Virus record (IMG/VR): IMGVR_UViG_3300012953_000146
Span: 1-29,599 of that record
DNA length: 29,599 bases
Strand: one strand, 5' to 3'
From: a virus
Lineage: Duplodnaviria; Caudoviricetes
The notes under the pieces are model-generated. The model saw only the letters and a list, made by a program, of their open reading frames with translations, ran no database searches and had not been told where the DNA came from. Position 1 is the first letter of the stretch; every line of letters begins with the position of its first letter. The translations under genes were made by a program, and so were the position numbers. Shown one piece after another: positions 18,801-27,800 of this stretch.

Positions 18801-21800
18801 GTAAGTGCAAACTTTGCTCCAGATATACTTTTAGTTAAGTATGAATCTGGTTTTGATAATGCTAACAGTCCAGAAGGACAAGTAAAATATCAAAAAGAGA
18901 TTGCTGGTGTATCTGGTGTAACACGTCGTGATTATGCGATGGGTGTTACTTTAGGTGAAGATGAGCGTGTTTATATTTGTGGTTATACAGATACCAATTC
19001 TCCTGATCCAGATGATATGTGGGTCATTCAATTGAATGAAAATGGTGAAATGAGAGAGAAGAGGAAATTCTCTTCTGCAGATGATGACGAACGTATGTAC
19101 CAGATTCACTATCTTGGTGATTCTACATATCAGTTTGTTGGTATGAATATGACTGATTACTACATTTTATTAGGTGAATTCACCTTTGATGGTAGTAATA
19201 TTGAGATTAATTATGTCAAGAACATCAATCCATCTGGAGGAAGACCTCAAAATCCTAGATTTACAATTGATGAGTATGATGATCTATATTTGGTTTGGGA
19301 TATCTATAATAATGCTGCACAGAAAAATTCTGCTGTTGGATTAGCAAAACTCCCTAGAACTCAGATTAATGCAAATAATCCTGTTTGGGATTTCTATAGA
19401 ATCCTTGCTCCTAGTGTAACCTTTGAATCAATTAAGCATGCAGATATAGGTATTGATATTTTTGGAAATATTGTTCTTATAACTGACGTTAAGTACTCTG
19501 AAAATAGTCGTAAGGTTAATCTAAACTACATCAAGTTTGATGGTACGATGATTAAGCAATCTACTATCGAATCTCAAGGTACGGTTGGAATACAAGCAAA
19601 AACACATGTCATCGATAACTCTGGTGACGTTATTACTATTAGTAATAAGCAAGTATCAGATCAGATTGCTTCTTATAGATTTAATGGTACTACTGACACT
19701 GGTGCTGGTGGATTTATTGCATCTATCGATACAATTACTGGCACATCTTCTACTCGTGGTGCTGGTGTTGCATCTGTTGGTAGTATTTCTGGTGCTGACC
19801 AACAAAGAGCAACAAACATTGGTAATTTAACCACTGGTGTTGGTGCTGATCTACGTCGTGGTGGAGTTATTCAAACCACTGGTAATCTTTCAGCAGCAGA
19901 AGTACTTCGTGCAGGTACAGTTTCAACTGTCGATAATATTTCTGGTGCTGATGCTTTACGTGGTGGTGCAGTTAACACAGTAGATAATATTTCTGCTGCT
20001 GATCCTTTACGTGGTGGAGTTGTAGGTACAGTTGACACAATTGGTGCTGCTGCTCAAAGAAGAGGTGGAAGAATTACTCTAATGAGTAATATCTCTGCTG
20101 CTAATACACTACGTGGTGGTAAAATTCTTTCTGTTGGTAATGCTAGTGGTGCTAATGGTCTTCGTACTGCTGGTCAGTACAATGCTGTAACATGGTCAAG
20201 TTCTGCAAATGGTCAGACTGCAGTATTTAATATCGACGTTCAGTCAAATGGTACTCCTGTTATAAACATTGTAAATGGTGGTATATCCTTTGCTATTGGT
20301 GAAACAATTACTATTGCTGACTCACAGTTAGGTAGTGGTGGTGCACCTGCTGTTACTTTTGATGTTGCATCTATTGGTGGATTCTCTTATACAAACGTTT
20401 CTGCAACAAGTACTGACGGTTCTTCGACAGGTAATAATGCAGCATTTGATGTTAACGTTTCATCAACAGGTGATGTTTCACTTGTTATTAATGACGGTGG
20501 TATTGGATACTACAGTACAGAAACACTTTCAATTGCTGACGCTGCTATAGGTAATAGTGGTGCACCTGCTGTTACGTTTGATGTAAGTGGATTAGGTGGG
20601 TTCCAGTACAATAACGTTTCTACAACCAACTCTGGTAATGGTAACAATGCACTGAAATTAAATGTTACTATCGATGGTGCTGGTGCTGCAACAGCAGTAA
20701 CCGTAGGTAATAATGGAGGTTTGGCATATGCAGTCAATAATACTATTACAATTGCAGACTCAGTACTAGGAAATAACGGTGCTGCTGCTCTAACATGTGA
20801 TGTTGCTACAATTGTCGCTCCTCAAACGTATACTGGTATTGTTGCAACTTCAACAACTGGTAGTGGTTCTGGTGCAACATTCGATGTTACTATTGATTCA
20901 GTTGGTGGAGTAACACTTGCTGTAGCAACCGTTGCTGGATTGGGTTATGCAGAAGATGATCAATTACAGATTCAGGATTCTAATTTAGGTAATAGTGGTG
21001 CTGCAAATATAGACTTCCAGGTAAATACTTTGAAGGCACCTCCATTATACAGTAATGTACCAACTGCTACTAACGGTAGTGGTACAGGATGTACGTTCCA
21101 AGTTACGATTAATACAGATGGTTCTGTTGCTAACTTAAACGTTACCTCTCCTGGAAATGGATATCAGGCTGGAGACACACTAACTATCGCTGATTCCAAT
21201 GTTGGTAATAATGGTGCTGCTGCAATTACTTGCAATATTGCTACTGTATCTGGTGGTGCTCTTTACAATGGGGTCGCTCCACTTAGTACCACTGGTAACG
21301 GTGCTAGTGGCACATTCAATATTACTGTGGATAGCAGTGGTGCTATCACTTCTCTTGTAGTTGCGACTGCTGGTCGTGGATATGCTGCAGGTGAAGTTAT
21401 TACTATTGATGATGCTAATATTGGTAATCGTGGTGCTGCTAACTTTACATTTGAGATAACTGGAACTCAAGGAATTACATATTCAGGTGTGAGTGCATGG
21501 TCTACTAATGGATCTGGTATCAATGCTGTATTTGATATAGTAATTAGTAATTTGGGTGCTTTCACATCGATGACTGCAACCAACCGTGGACAGAATTTTG
21601 CATTAAACAATCAAGTTACAATAACTGATGCTACTTTAGGTGGACAGGGTGCTGGTGCTCTTGTTATGGACATTGCCTCTATACAAGGACATCAATACAA
21701 TGGAGTTGCACCTACAAGTAATGGTAATGGTGAAAATGCTACATTTAATATTACAATTGATGGTACTGGTGCTGCATCAGCAATCGTTGTTGCTAATGCT

Positions 21801-24800
21801 GGTCAAGAACATGGAGTAGGTAATGTATTCACTGTAACTGATGCTCAAATTGGTAACTTTGGTGGTACTAATCTAACATTTGACGTTGCAACTTTAGCAG
21901 CAATACAATATACAAATATTACTGCTGCTGGTGGATCTGGTGTTAATGCATCAATCAATGTTAACGTTGCTGCTAATGGTGCAACTACCATTGAGATGAA
22001 TAAAACTGGTCGTAATTACAAGTCTAGTGAAGTACTTACTGTAACTGATTCTCAAGTTGGTAGTTATGGATATTCTAATATAACTTTCAATATTGCAAGT
22101 GTAATTAACGTATTTGATCAAACCAAACAGAACAATGGTACTGCATCTCTTTATAATGCAACAAATGCTATTATTGATAGCACTATTAAGAAGTTTGGTA
22201 CTGATTCAATTAAGTTCCAAGCAGAAAATCATTATAGTGTTACAGACATTAATTTGAATGGTAAGGAGTGGACACTTCAAGGATGGTTTAGAATTGAAGA
22301 TGCAATTCATGCTAATTCTAACAGCATGCCAACATTCTTCTTTACTGAACCTAATGATAGTACTTCAAATGAATTAAGAGTGTTTATTGATGGTGATCAG
22401 ACTAGTGGTGATTACGGTAAGGTTAAGATTGCTGCTGCTGGTGTAGAGGTCATGGAGACCGCTAGTGCAACTATTTGGACTAACTTTGATGCTGATGCTT
22501 GGGTTCATATTGCTTTTGTTAAGGATGAACCAACTCTCGGTAATTTCACATATACAGTCTTTAGTAATGGTACCCAGATTGGACAGTGGTCTACAACTAC
22601 AGATATACCAGTAGATAACGTATATGTTGGTGGTTTACTAACACCAACTGCAACTACTTCATTACTTGGTAATGTTGATGATTTCGTTATAGATGCAACT
22701 GCTCAGTATACTGGATCATCATTCACTGCTCCTACTGATGAAATTGCTATACGTACAAACAATAACAGTATTGCAATTGCAAAACTTGATAGAGAGCATT
22801 TGAAACGTGGAATGGCTGATACAGACGATGATCCAAATACTCCTGATGTATCTGTTCCATATACATTGTCTGGACTAAGTGATCATACCTCTATTATGAT
22901 TGCTGAGGATAGTAATTGGACATATAACTCAACTACTGGACCTGTAGTAACCAATTGGTCAATTGGACCTGGTGGATTACAAATACTTGACTACTCTGAT
23001 ATAAACAGTCAACTTATACCTGGAACTTACACTTTTGATAATGATTCATTCATATATGGATCTAAGACTTCTACTGTTCCAACACCAGGTGGTAAAAAAT
23101 TAAAGATTAGTCCTGTAGTTACACCAAAGTATTATATTAAGGATGCTTCTTATACTAAGATTGATAGCGTTCAAAAGATGGTATTCAATCAAGAGGTTAA
23201 TTTTACTAAGGGAACTATTCTACAACAATATAATGATTCCGATGTTGTTGGTGCATTTGGAACTGTTGTGGAAGTACCAGTAGGTGAAATTGCAACACCT
23301 GGTCTTGGAAACACATATAAGATTGGTAAAATATATCCTGCAGGTGCAACATTCAATACAACAGACAAATTCAAAACTACTACTGTTGCCGATACTGAGT
23401 CAAACGTAATCTCCGACATAGTGTTCACGGCCGAACGTGCAGAAGCGGAATGGAAGGCTGCCACTGCATACACTGCTGGAGATATTGTATATGCAAATGG
23501 TAAGTTTTACTCTGCTACTACAAATGCTACCTCTGGTGCAACTAGACCTTCACATAGTACTGGTAACCAATCTGATGGTGGTGTTTCATGGGACTTTACA
23601 AGTACTTCAACTGGTGCATTAGAACTTGATCTTGCTAATACTGCATATCCTGTTCCTAGAGAACCAGCATGGAAGCAGTTAGTTATACATGAAGTTGGTG
23701 ATCTAGTTTATAACGGTAGACAACTTTATAAGTGTACAGTGAGTGGTCGTACTTCTAAGATTGCTCCTACACATACTACTAGTACTGCAACTGATGGTAC
23801 TGTAACTTGGGAATGGCAGAAGACATTTGATCCTCTTAGCAATTATGCTAGATTTAAGTCTTATGATGCTGCTGAACCATATTATCAAATTCAAGTTAAT
23901 GAGATCTATCATGATTCTAACTCTATTGTTAATGATAGTTTAAGTCTTGGTGGAACTATTACAGTTAATCCTAAAGTAGGTGAACCAACTGTCTTACAGA
24001 TTAATAGTATTAATAGTATTAAGAAGGTAACTATTCAAGCAATTCTTGATAAGACTATTCTATTAACAACTGGTGGTCAGACAAGAACTGAAGATGTTTA
24101 TTGTGTTGCTAATTCAAGGCACAATTTCTCTGCTGGTAATATTCTATTCACTGAAGGATTCTCTACTGCAGAATTTAATGGATCATTCTTTGTTAAAGAA
24201 ATATTCTCATCTAGAGATTACACATTTACAACTCGTGCAATTCCTAGTGCTGAACCAGCATTCAATCAAGGAAGTATTGCTCAAGTAGACATATACACTA
24301 AGCATCCTACCTTGATGCTAATAAGAAATCATAATTATATCTTTGATATGAGTGATAGTTCTAATGCTGGATATTTCCTATCATTCTCTCAAGATAATGA
24401 GTTTAAACTAGAATACTCATTTAATAATATTGAAAGAACAGGAACACCTGGTGTATTTGATGGTACTAATTCACCATTTGTTAAGTTTAAGATTGATGGT
24501 CAAGTAACAAACATTTCTTACTATTTTGATCCATCTAGAACTGGATCTGATTCTCCTGTTGGTGCTCAATCATTTATTGATGTTAAGAAGACTCCTTTCG
24601 ATGGAACTTATCCTGTTGCAAAGATTATTGATGATACTAACTTCCAATTCCCACTTGCATTTGAACCTGAGTTTACACAGGCAAATGTAGGTAATGATGA
24701 TCAAGGAGTAGCATACTCGAAGTATTCAACTACATCACTTAAAGCAATTGGTCCTATCAATGAAATTAAATTAATATCTGCTGGTGGATTCTATAAGAAG

Positions 24801-27800
24801 TTACCTATTATTTCTGATATTGCATCATTCCGTCAAATTGAAAGAGTTAATATAACTGCTGGTGGATCTGAATATGCAGTTGGAACATATGATCAGGTAG
24901 GTATTATTGGAGATGGTGAAGGTGGTCTTTGCCGTATAGAAGTTACAGTAGATGAAACTATCGGTTCTGGAACTATTAGTAGTGTAACTGTTACAGATCC
25001 AGGTAAAGGTTATACAATTGCATCTATAGATGTTGATGGGATAACTGGAATTCTTGGACCTCAGTTAACTGGTTCTGGTGCAGAACTTGCTGTAATAATT
25101 CCTGCTGAGGGAACTGGTGCTTCTGTATTCTTAACTGGTAAGAATATTGGTAAGATTAAGAAGTTGAAGAATAATGAGTTTGGTTATGGTTATTCACATG
25201 ACTATACTCTAAAACCAGAAATTACCTTCCCAATTAACTTACAACTATTCAATACATCAATACTTTCACAGATTAAAATTACCAATCCTGGTGCTGGATA
25301 TACTTCTCCACCAGCAGTCATCGTAACAGGTGGTGGTGGATTTGGTGCAGAAGCAATTGCTGTTGTTAAGAACAATCGTCTATCAGAAATTCAAATTAAG
25401 AATCCTGGTGCTGGATATAGTTCTGAACCAGTTGTTACTCTTAAATCTGAGTTTAACTACGTTGTTAACACTGATTTGGGATATCTACAATTTAACTTCC
25501 CACATGGAATTACACAGGGTGCTGCTATAACATTCCGTGCAGATGATGTTGGTAACACTGTAGGTGTTCTACCTCAACCTGGATCTGCTGGTTTGACTTC
25601 TTTGATTACAGGTCAGTTGTACTATGCTATTTCTGGTGAAGCAAATTCACTTGAATCTGATCAATTAAGATTTGCTTTAACACCTGCTGATGCTGAATCT
25701 GGTAACTATATTACTTTCGTAGATGGTTCTGCTGGTAGTGGTTCTGGTCGTCAAGTTCTTTTAACTGAGGTATTTGGTGGTCAAGCAGAAGCAATAGTTG
25801 AGACTTCCGTATTCTTGGAAGGTGAAAGAGTTTATATGGGTGATAGTGAAGATCAAGCAACCATATTTGCTACGGTTTCTACAAATGATGGTTGGCAAAT
25901 TGGACCTAAGATCTTAAAACTAGTTGATGCTATAGGAACATTTGAAGCTGGATATAGAGTTAATGGTACTGTATCTCGTGCATCTGGTGTTATTGATAAT
26001 GTATCACTTGCTAAAGGTGTATTGAATATTGGATCTCTAACTGAGACACCAGGTAAGTTTATTGATGACGTTGGTAAACCATCAGAAATTGTTCAGAAAG
26101 TTCAAGACTCCTTCTTCTATCAGAACTTCTCTTATGTTATTAAATCTCAAATTCCTATTAGCCAGTGGAAGCAACAACTTCTTGATAATAACCACCCTGC
26201 TGGTTTCAATATGTTTGGTCAGTTACAATTAACTGGTGGTAAGGACGTATCTGGACGTAAGGTTGGTACTGAATTTATTAAGCAGGTTAATATTAATGAG
26301 TATTCTAATGTTAATGAGATTACATCATTTGCTGCTGCTCAACCAATATATTCTGATTTTAATAATACTGAAGTACTTTTCCGTAAGAAACGTTTAACTA
26401 ACTCTGAGGAAATCTTAACTTCTATCGTTAAGAAATTAGATGATATTTCTACTGAGTTTGATGGAATTAAAAAAGGATTTAATCTTACTGTAGAGAATCA
26501 ACAGGTTATCGTTAAAAATGACCAGTTATTAATTACACTGAACGGTGTTATTCAGGCACCTATAGATTCATATGATATTGTTGGTGGACAGATTGTATTT
26601 AAAGAAGCACCAAAGGCACCTTCTAAAATTGTCTATAAAAATGTTAGTGTTGAGTTCTTAAATATCACTCGTTTAAATTTAAGTGATGTTGGTGGTATAT
26701 ATCCTGAGATTGGTTACACATTGCAAGGTGATAATAGTGATACTTATGCACTTGTTGTTAGTACTGGTACTAATACAGTTGACGTTGTAGATCTACAAAA
26801 TACTGGTGGATCAGCAATATTTGAACTTAACGAAGTAGTTAGAGTTAGTGCTTTAGGATGGAGTGGAAGACTTGATTCAGTAACGTTACTTTCTGCAGAC
26901 AACATATTTGAATTTGATGAAACAGTTATTGGTACAAATCGCAGTAAGAATAATCCAACTGCTCAAATAACTGAGATTAACTTGACTGAAGATGGTACTG
27001 CTGGTAATGATATAGTTCTATCTAAGACTTCTGGTACTGCTGAATATGAGACTGGAGTATATGATTTTGATCTTCAAGATATCATCTATTCAAACCGTTC
27101 AAATGTTGCTGCAAGGATAACATCTCAGGCACCTTATCCTGTTGGTACTGATGAAAATAGAGGTGTTCAAGAATTAACTTCTGGATCTACATTCTATGGT
27201 TTATTATTTGAACGTCTAGTTAGTCAGTCTTATCCTAATATTCTTCTAGACAATATTTCTAAATCTACTGTTACTCCAACTGAACTTTTAGATAACGATG
27301 CTCGTATAAATGGAAACTTCCTTGACTTTGAATCTATTCGTTCTTCAGAAGTTACCTACACTGATTTAACTAATGGTGTATTTGGTGCTGGAGATACAAT
27401 TAGAAATATTAAAGTAATCTATAATAATCCAATTCTCGGATCTGCATATGGTATTGCTGCTAACAGACATGCTGATGGTTCTCGTTCTATAACCAATGCT
27501 AGAGATGAGATTATTGACTTTGGTGATGCTCAAATATCAGTAGATCATCCAGACTTCTATTATCCAGGACAGTCACAGACTGATGGAAGATCACGTTTCC
27601 GTGATGCTTATAGAATGATAATCAAGAATAAGGATTATATCGTAGCACAATCATATGTAGATATGGTTGCTCAATATCCATCAACTTCTATACCAAGTGC
27701 AGATAAGTGTAAGAGAGATATGGCATACTATATCGATGCAGTTGCATACGATATGTATTCTGGTGGTAATAAGTATGCACGTAAGTTTATTACTGAATAC

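Noticed and set aside
19930-20120. 51-bp periodic DNA repeats as a possible CRISPR array
   Set aside because: In-frame coding repeats that are degenerate at the DNA level, with no repeat-spacer alternation and no cas genes.
4044-25530. Minus-strand and alternative-frame ORFs in the track (e.g. 4976..5248, 5310..5822, 7708..7998, 16340..16576, 21180..21470, 25330..25530)
   Set aside because: Shadows of real plus-strand genes, expected from GGT/GCT/ACT-rich codon usage; no independent motifs or expression signals.
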